64,000 nt of DNA from Acidobacteriota bacterium. GTDB taxonomy: Bacteria; Acidobacteriota; CAIWXX01. Position 1 is the stretch's first letter; every line of letters begins with the position of its first letter. Shown piece after piece: positions 17,109 to 25,818 of this stretch. The notes under the pieces were generated by a model. The model was not told where the DNA came from. It was given only the letters and a program-made list of their open reading frames with translations, and did no database searches. The position numbers and the translations under genes are program-made. The stretch spans positions 20,375 to 84,374 of the forward strand of contig JBFMAF010000031.1 of assembly GCA_040755995.1 (NCBI GenBank), written 5' to 3'.

Positions 17109-17112
17109 TGAT

Positions 17113-17142
17113 TTGACTTCCCCGACCGAGCGCGGGTATTAT
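17113..17142 (+). promoter_or_regulatory. Sigma70-like promoter for the radical SAM gene
   Basis: TTGACT (17113-18), 18-nt spacer, TATTAT (17137-42). A GAGGAGGA RBS precedes the GTG at 17191. Confidence 0.4.
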
Positions 17143-17190
17143 GCGTCCTCGTCCTTGTAATTCCGTTCCGAGGACAGAGGAGGACAGCCG

Positions 17191-18828
17191 GTGAGCACGC
17201 TGAGTTTCTTCAGAAAACGAAAAGTCGACAGGTTTCAGGTAAGGCAGCCGGAGACGACGTACACAGGCGCGAGGATATACCCCCCTCAGAAGGGCCTGCC
17301 CAAGATCACTCAATCTCTATGCCCCGAGTGCACGTCGGTCATAGATGCGCGGGTCTTCGAGGAAGACGGGGCTGTCTTCATGGAGAAGACGTGCCCGCAA
17401 CACGGGTACTGCAAGGACCTCATCTTGTCGGACGCCAAGCTGTACTACAAGATGCAGCAATGGGGATTTGGAGACAACCGCGGCCTCGCGAACCCCGCGG
17501 TGCCGAACGCCGCCAGGTGCCCGGAACAGTGCGGCCTCTGCGGAATGCACACGTCCCACACCGGTCTGGCCAACATCGATCTGACGAACCGCTGCAACCT
17601 GACCTGCCCGGTCTGTTTCGCCAACGCGAACGCGGCGGGCTACCTGTATGAACCGTCGCTCGAGTACGTCCGCAAGATGCTCACGGCCCTTCGTTCGCTA
17701 CAGCCCTGCCCCGCGCGCGTGATCCAGTTCTCAGGCGGAGAGCCCACCATCTACCCGCATTTCTTCGAGGCGTTGAAGATGGCCAGGGAGGTGGGTTTCA
17801 CACACATCCAGTGCGCAACCAACGGGCTGGCGTTCAGCGATATCGAGTTCGCGGCGAAGGCCAAGGAATCCGGCCTTCACACCCTCTACCTCCAGCTCGA
17901 CGGCACCCTCGACACGGTCTACCAGAGGACGCGAGGCGAGGAGCTGGCAGCCGCCAAGCTCAAGTGCATCGAGAACGTCAAGGCCGTCGGCCTCAAGATC
18001 GTCTTCGTCCCCACAATCGTCAAGGGCGTCAACGATCACCAGATCGGCGACATCATCCGCCTGGCCCTGCAGAACATCGAGTGCATCTCCGGGATCAGCT
18101 TCCAGCCCGTGGCGTTCACCGGCCGGATCGCGCGGCGCCAGCGCGAGGCCATGCGATTTACCCTGTCAGACCTCGCGCGCTGCGTCGAAGAGCAGACGGG
18201 ATTGGCAGACCGCTACCGCGATTGGTACCCGCTCGCCTTCACATCGCCCTTCAGCCGCCTCGTCAGCGCCATCCGCGGTTCGGAGACCATGACCCTCACC
18301 TGCCATCCGAACTGCTCGATGGGCACCTACTTCTTCGTAGATCAGGACCGCAACGCGACACCCGTGACGAAGTTCCTGAACTGCGAAGAGATGATGAAGG
18401 ACATGGACCTGCTTGCGCGCAAGACCGGCTCCTCTTCATTCAAGTTCTACTCGCAGCTCAAGGCCTGGAACTCGCTGCGGCGGCATTTCAACGAGAAGGA
18501 GGCGCCCAAAGGGCTCACCTTCAAGCGGTTCCTCGCGACGCTCCAGGGCTTCACCGACAAGCGATACGGCCGCGGCGCCATGGACGGCACCTACACGTAC
18601 AAGACGCTCATGGTAGCGGGTATGCACTTCATGGACCACTACAACTACGACGTCGAACGCGTCAAGCGGTGTGTCATTCATTACGCCGCCCCGAACGGGA
18701 TCGTCTACCCGTTCTGTGCTTACAACTCCGGTCCGACCTTCCGCGAGAAGATCGAAAAGCGATTCTCGGTGCCGATAGACATCAAGGAGGTCGCGAGAGG
18801 CGAGAGGCTGACAGCGGACGACGCATAG
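17191..18828 (+). CDS. Radical SAM protein of the MJ0619 / Tes (GDGT-MAS, tetraether lipid synthase) architecture
   Basis: 545 aa. An N-terminal zinc ribbon (CPECTSVIDARVFEEDGAVFMEKTCPQHG) and a second Cys cluster (CPEQCGLCGMH) are followed by the radical SAM motif NIDLTNRCNLTCPVCFA and QFSGGEPT. The C-terminal block MVAGMHFMDHYNYDVERVKRCVIHYAAPNGIVYPFCAYN is as I recall it for MJ0619-like proteins. Confidence 0.7.
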   Translation: MSTLSFFRKRKVDRFQVRQPETTYTGARIYPPQKGLPKITQSLCPECTSVIDARVFEEDGAVFMEKTCPQHGYCKDLILSDAKLYYKMQQWGFGDNRGLANPAVPNAARCPEQCGLCGMHTSHTGLANIDLTNRCNLTCPVCFANANAAGYLYEPSLEYVRKMLTALRSLQPCPARVIQFSGGEPTIYPHFFEALKMAREVGFTHIQCATNGLAFSDIEFAAKAKESGLHTLYLQLDGTLDTVYQRTRGEELAAAKLKCIENVKAVGLKIVFVPTIVKGVNDHQIGDIIRLALQNIECISGISFQPVAFTGRIARRQREAMRFTLSDLARCVEEQTGLADRYRDWYPLAFTSPFSRLVSAIRGSETMTLTCHPNCSMGTYFFVDQDRNATPVTKFLNCEEMMKDMDLLARKTGSSSFKFYSQLKAWNSLRRHFNEKEAPKGLTFKRFLATLQGFTDKRYGRGAMDGTYTYKTLMVAGMHFMDHYNYDVERVKRCVIHYAAPNGIVYPFCAYNSGPTFREKIEKRFSVPIDIKEVARGERLTADDA

Positions 18829-18851
18829 CCCCATCGGAACACGAGAAAGAC

Positions 18852-18890
18852 AGGCCCTGGCCTTCGTTCCGGAAGGCTGGGGCCTTTTGC
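18852..18890 (+). terminator. Intrinsic terminator after the radical SAM gene
   Basis: AGGCCC-T-GGCCTTC-GTTCCG-GAAGGCT-G-GGGCCT followed by TTTTGC. Confidence 0.55.
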
Positions 18891-18983
18891 TTCCGGCCGA
18901 TCTCCCTTCTTCCAGCTCACCGTGTCTCCGCGTCCCCGCGTCTTCTTGACTGCCTCGCCCCATCGTTGTAGTCTGCGCCGAAG

Positions 18984-20630
18984 ATGCAACGAAGACTGCA
19001 TCGGTGGTTCTACGCCTTGTCGGTTGGCCTGGCATGCCTGACGGCGGCGGCCACCGCGGCGCAGGAGCGGCTGTCGTTCGTCTGCGTCGCGTTGGATGTG
19101 GAGACGCGACAGGCGGACAAGAAGCTCCAGGAGTATCTCTACCAGAAGGCAGGCGTGAGCTTCGCGCCGGAGGAGCTCGAGTACGAGCGTGTAGTCGATC
19201 GCCTCACGCACTGGCGCGACGAGGACGGAGCCTATGTGGCGCGGGTGACGCCGTATGTCTATGTGCTGGCGGAGATGCTGGGCGCCGAGTTCGAGCCTCT
19301 GGCGACATACCTCAGCCCCACTACGCACGCTAGGACCTATCACGCCTATTTCGTGGTCAATCGCAAGGACTTCGCGGCTCAGCCCTCGCTCGCAGACGTC
19401 GTGCGTCTCCTGGGCGAGCGGAAGGACCGCGCGAAGTTCATCTACCACAGCCAGTTCAGCACATCGAGCTTCTTCCTGCCGTCGCTATACTTCCGCAGGA
19501 ACAGGATCTACGAGATGCCTGAGAGTACAGAATCGCTCATAGCGATCGCGACTGAGCGGATTCCGGAGAACAGCAGCTCGAAGCTTGTTGAACACGTGGC
19601 GCGCGGCGAGGCCGATCTGGCGGCGGTATGGGACGGATCGAAGACCAAGTTCGATTCGGAGCACGGCGGCGCCTTGTACGAGGAGTTCGGAAAGAAAGTC
19701 TACTTCGTACAGCTCCCTACAACTCTCCCGAACGACCTGCTCCTGTGCTCCTCCTCGCTCGATCAGGCCGCAAAAGCGCGCCTCCGCGAAGCCATCCGGA
19801 AGATGAAGCAGGACGAGATCGATATCGGCGACTTCCTCTGCTGGCAGGTCATCACCGAGGCTACCGATGCCCGCCAGGCCCTGGCGGACCTTCGCTGGCT
19901 TGCGCGCGAGCGCATCCCGCCGGTCACCGTCGAAATTCGACTGCGTACTTCGAATCCGGATGCCTCGTCCCCATCCCAGCTCACGGATGCCGCGCGGCAG
20001 GCCGTGAGGCTCGCGGGCACCGAGTTCGTCCTCTTCGATCAAGACTTCCACGAGCATATCGACTTCACCTGGACCATCGAGCCAATCCATGATGGGGCCG
20101 TCGTACTACACAGCAGCATACCCGGCTCGGACATCGAGGACCAGGTCTTCCGCATCAGCTTCAGGGACGCAGAGGACCTGACCAGGCGCCTCGTGTCGAT
20201 CGTGCAATCCAGGCTCCATAGAATCAGATACGTCTGGTCCCTGAGCACTGGCGCGCCGATCGTAATTCGAGACATGGCGTTCTCGCTTCCGCCCGGCTCC
20301 CACGTCAAGGTCCAGAAGATAGCCTGGCTGGACCCCGAAAAGAACAAGTTCCGCGCCGGGCCCGTGTTCAACGCCAGCATACGCAGCACCGGATACTACA
20401 AGTACGAGCTCGACCCCGAGGACTTCGTTCAACACGGCGAGTCCCTAGTCGGGCTCGATTCCATGAGCAACACGGCATATCGCGTGATCCTGCTCCGGTC
20501 GGCGCGGGAGCGACTCGTGTTCCGCGTGCTGACGGGTGTCTTCTTGGGACTACTTGTTCTCGCGGCTATCGGTCTCGTCTGGGACCTCGCGCGCACACCT
20601 AACGGGGGAGAGGTCGAGGAACAGCTCTAG
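18984..20630 (+). CDS. Secreted, C-terminally anchored protein with an N-terminal PhnD/SsuA-like periplasmic-binding-protein fold
   Basis: Signal peptide MQRRLHRWFYALSVGLACLTAAATAAQE. aa 30-270 loosely match the PhnD pattern (VTPYVYVLAE..., AKFIYHSQFSTSSFFLPSLYF). An unknown middle domain precedes a C-terminal TM (VLTGVFLGLLVLAAIGLVW). Confidence 0.5.
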   Translation: MQRRLHRWFYALSVGLACLTAAATAAQERLSFVCVALDVETRQADKKLQEYLYQKAGVSFAPEELEYERVVDRLTHWRDEDGAYVARVTPYVYVLAEMLGAEFEPLATYLSPTTHARTYHAYFVVNRKDFAAQPSLADVVRLLGERKDRAKFIYHSQFSTSSFFLPSLYFRRNRIYEMPESTESLIAIATERIPENSSSKLVEHVARGEADLAAVWDGSKTKFDSEHGGALYEEFGKKVYFVQLPTTLPNDLLLCSSSLDQAAKARLREAIRKMKQDEIDIGDFLCWQVITEATDARQALADLRWLARERIPPVTVEIRLRTSNPDASSPSQLTDAARQAVRLAGTEFVLFDQDFHEHIDFTWTIEPIHDGAVVLHSSIPGSDIEDQVFRISFRDAEDLTRRLVSIVQSRLHRIRYVWSLSTGAPIVIRDMAFSLPPGSHVKVQKIAWLDPEKNKFRAGPVFNASIRSTGYYKYELDPEDFVQHGESLVGLDSMSNTAYRVILLRSARERLVFRVLTGVFLGLLVLAAIGLVWDLARTPNGGEVEEQL

Positions 20631-20670
20631 ATAGCTCTCGTGACAACAGGCAGCGTGGGGCGTTGGATGA

Positions 20671-20768
20671 GGAGAAACGGAGAAACGGCGAAACGGGGAA
20701 ACGGAGAGTGGCGACTGCGGGCGCCGCTCGGATCGCCGCTTCTCCGATTCCCCCCTTCTCCGTTTCGG
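20671..20768. repeat. Octamer tandem array and its inverted counterpart forming an imperfect hairpin of about 100 nt
   Basis: Left arm GGAGAAAC GGAGAAAC GGCGAAAC GGGGAAAC GGAGAG (20671-20708). Centre GGCGA...TCGCC. Right arm GCTTCTCC GATTCCCC CCTTCTCC GTTTCGG (20738-20768). Confidence 0.7.
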
Positions 20769-20804
20769 CTGCCAGACACGACAGCCAGCCGGACGTGAGA
20801 TCCG

Positions 20805-22511
20805 ATGAACGAGCAAGAGCAACTCACTCGCAAGCTCGCGCCCAGCAAGATGATCGGCCACTATGCCGTCATCGACCAGCTCGGTCGCGGCGGAATGGGC
20901 GAGGTCTTCGTCGCAAGAGACACCAAGCTCGACCGCAAGGTCGCTCTGAAGGTGCTTGCGCACGAGGTGACGGCGGATGCCGAACGGCTGCAGCGGTTCC
21001 AGCGCGAGGCCAAGATGCTTGCGGCGCTCAACCACCCGAACATCGTCACGATCTTCTCGGTGGAGGAGGCCGAGGAGCTTCATCTGCTGGTGATGGAGCT
21101 GGTCGAGGGCAAGACACTACGGCAGGTTATCCCGAGAGGCGGGTTGCCGCTGGCCAAGTTCTTCGACATCGCCTTGCCGCTCGCCGAGGCCCTCAGCGCC
21201 GCGCACGAGCGCGGCATCACGCACAGGGACCTCAAGCCGGAAAACGTAATGGTCACGGACTCCGGCCGCGTGAAGGTGCTCGACTTCGGCCTGGCCAAGG
21301 TCTCCCACGGCCACGCCTATTCGGAATCCACTCACGAGAGCTCCACCAAGGCAGTCACACAGCTGGGGGTGATCCTGGGCACAGTGCCCTATATGTCGCC
21401 CGAACAGGCGCAGGGCAAGCCGGTCGATCACCGGTCCGACATCTTCTCGCTCGGCATCGTGCTATACGAGATGCTCGCAGGCGAGAGGCCGTTCAAGGGC
21501 GAGACCGTCTCCGACCTGATCGCCTCGATCCTGCGCGATACGCCCGGATCGGTCAGCAGCCTCCGCACCGGCGTGCCGCGGGAACTGGGAAGGATCGTCC
21601 GCCACTGCCTGGAGAAGAATCCGCAAGACCGCATTCAGTCCGCGCTCGACCTGCACATCCAGCTGAAGGGCCTCTGGAAGGATCTCGAGCTGGAGCGCGC
21701 GATCACAAGCGGCAAGCGCCGCTACTCGACCACCCGGCGAAGGCCTCTTATCCCGGTCAACCTCTTCGGCTGGCTCGTCAATACACGATGGGGCCTGACT
21801 GCGCTCCTCGCCGGCGTCCTGGCGTTCAATTACCTGGAGACCTCGACCGAGACGGCGCTCAAGGCAAGCTACGGCTGGGGAATGGACCTCGGTTATCACC
21901 TCGCGCGAAGCGCCCACTGGTTCGAATGGATGTTCAGCTTCGATCGGCACGACGTGACCAACACACTGGCCGTCTATGGCTACTCGATCTCGTACTTCAT
22001 GCTCTTTCCGGTTCTCGTGATCCTCGTCGGTCTCGCGCTTGCGCGCCGCGAGGACCTGGCGCCGTATCGCGTTTTCGCGATCGCAATCAGCCTAACGTAC
22101 GCTGTCAGCCTGCCGTTCTTTCTCCTGTTCCCGGTGCCCGAACGATGGTCATTCCCCGACGCCGAAGCAGTGCTGCTCTCGGATCTGTGGACATCCAAGC
22201 TGATCGAGATGTTTCGGCCGATCAGCGGACTGGACAACTGCTTCCCGAGCTTCCACGTCGCGACAACCGTTGACATGGTCCTCGCCTCATACCTCTTCCG
22301 GCTCCGCACCCGCTCGACCGTCCTGATCCTCGGCCTGACCATCATCCTCTCGACCTTTGTCCTCGGCATCCACTGGCTGGTGGACATCGTTGCCGGCGTA
22401 GCGACGGGCGTTATCAGCATTGCCATCGCGATGCGCGCCGACCGGTCGCTCGAACGGCCGATCGGCAGTGCCGGCAGCGGTGCACTCGCAGAATCACAGC
22501 AGTCCGCGTAG
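20805..22511 (+). CDS. Ser/Thr protein kinase fused to a PAP2_C-type (lipid phosphate phosphatase / phosphosphingolipid synthase-like) membrane domain
   Basis: Kinase motifs GRGGMGEVF, VALKVL, HRDLKPENV, DFGLAK and YMSPEQ. The C-terminal 6-TM region has CFPSFHV and GIHWLVDIVAG (PAP2 C2/C3-type motifs). Confidence 0.85.
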   Translation: MNEQEQLTRKLAPSKMIGHYAVIDQLGRGGMGEVFVARDTKLDRKVALKVLAHEVTADAERLQRFQREAKMLAALNHPNIVTIFSVEEAEELHLLVMELVEGKTLRQVIPRGGLPLAKFFDIALPLAEALSAAHERGITHRDLKPENVMVTDSGRVKVLDFGLAKVSHGHAYSESTHESSTKAVTQLGVILGTVPYMSPEQAQGKPVDHRSDIFSLGIVLYEMLAGERPFKGETVSDLIASILRDTPGSVSSLRTGVPRELGRIVRHCLEKNPQDRIQSALDLHIQLKGLWKDLELERAITSGKRRYSTTRRRPLIPVNLFGWLVNTRWGLTALLAGVLAFNYLETSTETALKASYGWGMDLGYHLARSAHWFEWMFSFDRHDVTNTLAVYGYSISYFMLFPVLVILVGLALARREDLAPYRVFAIAISLTYAVSLPFFLLFPVPERWSFPDAEAVLLSDLWTSKLIEMFRPISGLDNCFPSFHVATTVDMVLASYLFRLRTRSTVLILGLTIILSTFVLGIHWLVDIVAGVATGVISIAIAMRADRSLERPIGSAGSGALAESQQSA

Positions 22512-22606
22512 AAAGCGCGGCCCACCATAGGGCGCGCCGGATGCCCAACTGGGCGAATGGCGCTGTGATATACTACGCCTTCACTCTGGACTGGGAGAGA
22601 AAGACG

Positions 22607-23731
22607 ATGCGATCGATACCACTGTTGGACCTGCGCGCACAGTACGAGACGATCAAGGCTGATGTCGACATAGCGATTCAGCGATCAATTGACAAGACGG
22701 CGTTCATCGGCGGAGAAGAACACGAGGGTTTCGAGAAGGAGTTTGCCGGGTACCTCGGGTGCCGAGCCTGCGCGGGCGTGGCCAACGGGACGGATGCGCT
22801 GGTATTGGCGCTGCGCGCGCTGGGGGTCGGGCCCGGCGACATTGTCCTCACCACCCCTTTCACGTTCATCGCGACGGTCGAGGCAATCACGCTGAATGGC
22901 GCCGTGCCGGTCTTCGCCGATATCGATATCGGCAGCTTCAACGTCTCGCCCGAGTGCGTCCGGCTGGCGATCGAATCGATGCGACCGGAGGACAGGAAGA
23001 GGCTCAAGGTCATCCTGCCGGTACACCTGTACGGCCTGCCGGGGGCGGTCCACGAGCTGTGTGCGATCGCAGAAGAATTCGGGGCGAAGGTGCTCGAGGA
23101 CTGCGCGCAGGCGCACGGGGCGGCGGTGGCCGGAAAGCGCGTTGGCAACTTCGGCATCGCGGGCACGTTTTCGTTCTATCCCGCGAAGAACCTGGGCGCG
23201 TACGGCGACGCGGGCGCCATCGTTTCGAACGACCATCCGTTCATTGATCACGTGAAGTCGCTGCGGAATCACGGGCGGACCGACAGGTACGCACACGCAA
23301 TCGAAGGCGTGAACAGCCGGCTTGACGGCATACAGGCCGCGGTGCTCCGCGTGAAGCTCCGCAGGCTCGATTCATGGAATGCGGCGCGGCGCCGGTTTGC
23401 CGCGCTCTACAACGAGCTGCTGGCGCCATGCGCGCGTATCGCAGTGCCTCAGGTTTCAGAGGGGGCCGTGGTACATCTCTACACGATCCGGCACCCGGAG
23501 CGCGATCGGCTCCGCGAGCACCTCGGCAAGCAAGGCATCGCCGCGGCCGTGCACTACCCGGCCCCGTTGCATCTGCAGCCGGCCTACGCCCGGCTTGGGC
23601 TTGGTGAGGGAACGTATCCTGAATCCGAACGCGCCTCACGCGAGGTCCTTTCGCTGCCGATCTACCCGGAGATGGGTGAGGAGGCCGTGCGGCACGTGGC
23701 CTCGAAGATACTCGAATTCGAACGCGTGTAG
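22607..23731 (+). CDS. DegT/DnrJ/EryC1/StrS family sugar aminotransferase (start taken at MRSIPLLDL)
   Basis: IPLLDLRAQYETIK..., GTDALVLALRALG and FSFYPAKNLGAYGDAGA (PLP-Lys motif) are family hallmarks. Confidence 0.88.
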   Translation: MRSIPLLDLRAQYETIKADVDIAIQRSIDKTAFIGGEEHEGFEKEFAGYLGCRACAGVANGTDALVLALRALGVGPGDIVLTTPFTFIATVEAITLNGAVPVFADIDIGSFNVSPECVRLAIESMRPEDRKRLKVILPVHLYGLPGAVHELCAIAEEFGAKVLEDCAQAHGAAVAGKRVGNFGIAGTFSFYPAKNLGAYGDAGAIVSNDHPFIDHVKSLRNHGRTDRYAHAIEGVNSRLDGIQAAVLRVKLRRLDSWNAARRRFAALYNELLAPCARIAVPQVSEGAVVHLYTIRHPERDRLREHLGKQGIAAAVHYPAPLHLQPAYARLGLGEGTYPESERASREVLSLPIYPEMGEEAVRHVASKILEFERV

Positions 23732-23736
23732 ACTGG

Positions 23737-24438
23737 CTACATGGCCGGCGTGTGCGGGCTGTCCTGTGGCGACCCGGCACCTGGAGGCTCATGGGTAGCC
23801 ATCGAGCCCAGAGCCCATCCGAGCAGGCCGACAAGCGCGAGGTAGACGGCGGCGAGCACGGTGTATGACCACGCGCGACCGGGCAGGCCGGGCTTGCCTG
23901 ATGCCACTTGCACGGCGAGATTGCGCAGGCCGGCCGCGACACCCAGGCCGGCTGACTTCGGCGGCACGAAGCCGCGGTAGTGCGGTATGAAGGCGAGCTC
24001 GGTGCCGTCGTGCGTAGTGCCCACGGCCAGAACAGGTGCACCTGCTGCTTCAGGGGCGTCGAGATAGAACCGGATCGGCGATCCCGGCAGGTTCTTCTTG
24101 GGCTTGAAAGCGCACGGGTAGTAGCCTGGCAGCCGGATGGCGCCCGCGTCGATCGTCAGCCTGTCGCGGTCAGCTGAAGCCGAGGGCGATTCGCGGTAGT
24201 GAAAGACGATGAGATTCTTGCTGGGAGGCTGGACGGGCGTCAGGTATAGATCGATGCGAAAGAGGCCGGTGCGCTCTGGAGTGAAGGTGCAATCGACGGT
24301 GGAGGGCCCGACGACTCTCGTGACCCTGCGATCCGGTGTCGGCACCGGCTGGACCTGGCGCGAAGCGAGGAGAATAGCTGCGGCGACGATTGAGAGGAGG
24401 AGTGTCGCACAGAGACCGCGGAACCGGACGCGTTTCAT
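23737..24438 (-). CDS. Hypothetical bitopic membrane protein (N- and C-terminal TM, central beta-rich domain)
   Basis: 233 aa. Last gene of the minus-strand run that starts at 32348, 3 nt after the upstream stop. Confidence 0.55.
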   Translation of the reverse strand: MKRVRFRGLCATLLLSIVAAAILLASRQVQPVPTPDRRVTRVVGPSTVDCTFTPERTGLFRIDLYLTPVQPPSKNLIVFHYRESPSASADRDRLTIDAGAIRLPGYYPCAFKPKKNLPGSPIRFYLDAPEAAGAPVLAVGTTHDGTELAFIPHYRGFVPPKSAGLGVAAGLRNLAVQVASGKPGLPGRAWSYTVLAAVYLALVGLLGWALGSMATHEPPGAGSPQDSPHTPAM

Positions 24439-24441
24439 TGC

Positions 24442-25818
24442 TTAGTTGAAAGGCGTCAAGTAGAAGAAGGGAATCGCCGTGTTGAAGAGGCTGAAGGCGT
24501 CGAGTGCGACGAGCCCCGCTGTGAAGAACAGCAGCGCCGCGCGTTCGAATCGCTGAGGGAAGAGCGTGAGCCAACCGCCTGCGGCGACGATCGCCAGAGC
24601 TGAGATCGCGACGAAGAGAAACCGGCCCTGGCGCAGCACGTTGCCAGTGGTGGAGGAGACAAACAGGCCAAGGAGGAACAGGATGGGCAACGCGGCGGTC
24701 AGGCTCACGATCCTGGCCGTGGCCCTGTCGGCGGCTGCGGTGTTTCGAACACACACAAACCAGCCGGCGATCAGGAGCAGCGTGAGGACGAAGAGGATCA
24801 AGTAGAGCGCGCTGGGCAGTGTGAGCGACAGCCAGCTGAAGTACATCCAGAAGCTCATGAACAGCGTCTTGCACGCCACGGAGAACCCCGCGAGGGCCTT
24901 CTCCAGGCGCTCGCCCGAAATGACCAGCATCACGCGTTGCCTCCATTCCTGGTTGAACAGAGTCACGGCCCATCCCTTGAGATAGGCGAGGAGCTGCTGA
25001 GACAAGAGCACAGTCAACAGCACACCCAGGGCGCAGATCGACACGCCAAGGGCCAGCCGCCAAGGCCGTACGCGCCGGTCCAGGATCTTCTTGCGGAGCG
25101 CTCCGGCGAGAACGATGAGCGGGACGGGGAGTACCGCGAAGGCGGTTGCCTTCGTGATGCACGCTGCGCCGCAGCACAGGAGCAGCAGCGTGACGCGCCA
25201 GGCCGTGAAGCCTTGTCGCATGCCCTTGAGGGTGAGGTAGAGGGCCGAGGTCGTGAGTAGCTCGGCCAGGTTACCGTCGTAGAGCGAGGCAGTGGTCACT
25301 CCGCGCTGAGGCAGGAAGAGCACAAACAGAGCAGCGCCCCAGGCAACGAGCGGTCGCGCTGGGAACGCCTGCCTGGCGATTGCGAACGTGAGGAGCACCA
25401 CCGCCATCCCGATCACAACCGAGATCGCGCGCATGGCGTAGAGTTGGATGACGATGGGCTTGTCGATCCAGGGAGCCACTGCGACGGCGTACAGTACATA
25501 GGCGAGCGAGAATCGACCGGTGGTGCGTCCTACACCGAATTGCGGCAGATTCTCGAAGCGCCCGGGAAGCGGTGCCGGGGGCTGGCGATAGAGGAAGCTC
25601 CACGTGCGGTAGGTGAACAGCGAGTGGATGAGCTCGCGATCGAGGAGAGGTGAACTGTCGGCGAGGCTCGTCGGGCGCCGGTACTCCGCCAGTAGTCGTT
25701 GCGCCTCGAAATGCGCTGGTTCGTCAGGACCCTGCCAGGGCGGGATGATCGCCAGGTACAGGGCGCCGCGCACCAGGGCCAGGGCGGCCAGCAGCCAAAG
25801 GACCGGCGCTGCCCGCAC
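24442..25818 (-). CDS. DUF2142-like polytopic membrane protein (GT-C-like)
   Basis: N-terminus IIPPWQGPDEPAHFE matches the DUF2142 signature (PP.Q.PDE..H). More than 10 TM segments. Confidence 0.6.
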   Translation of the reverse strand: MRAAPVLWLLAALALVRGALYLAIIPPWQGPDEPAHFEAQRLLAEYRRPTSLADSSPLLDRELIHSLFTYRTWSFLYRQPPAPLPGRFENLPQFGVGRTTGRFSLAYVLYAVAVAPWIDKPIVIQLYAMRAISVVIGMAVVLLTFAIARQAFPARPLVAWGAALFVLFLPQRGVTTASLYDGNLAELLTTSALYLTLKGMRQGFTAWRVTLLLLCCGAACITKATAFAVLPVPLIVLAGALRKKILDRRVRPWRLALGVSICALGVLLTVLLSQQLLAYLKGWAVTLFNQEWRQRVMLVISGERLEKALAGFSVACKTLFMSFWMYFSWLSLTLPSALYLILFVLTLLLIAGWFVCVRNTAAADRATARIVSLTAALPILFLLGLFVSSTTGNVLRQGRFLFVAISALAIVAAGGWLTLFPQRFERAALLFFTAGLVALDAFSLFNTAIPFFYLTPFN

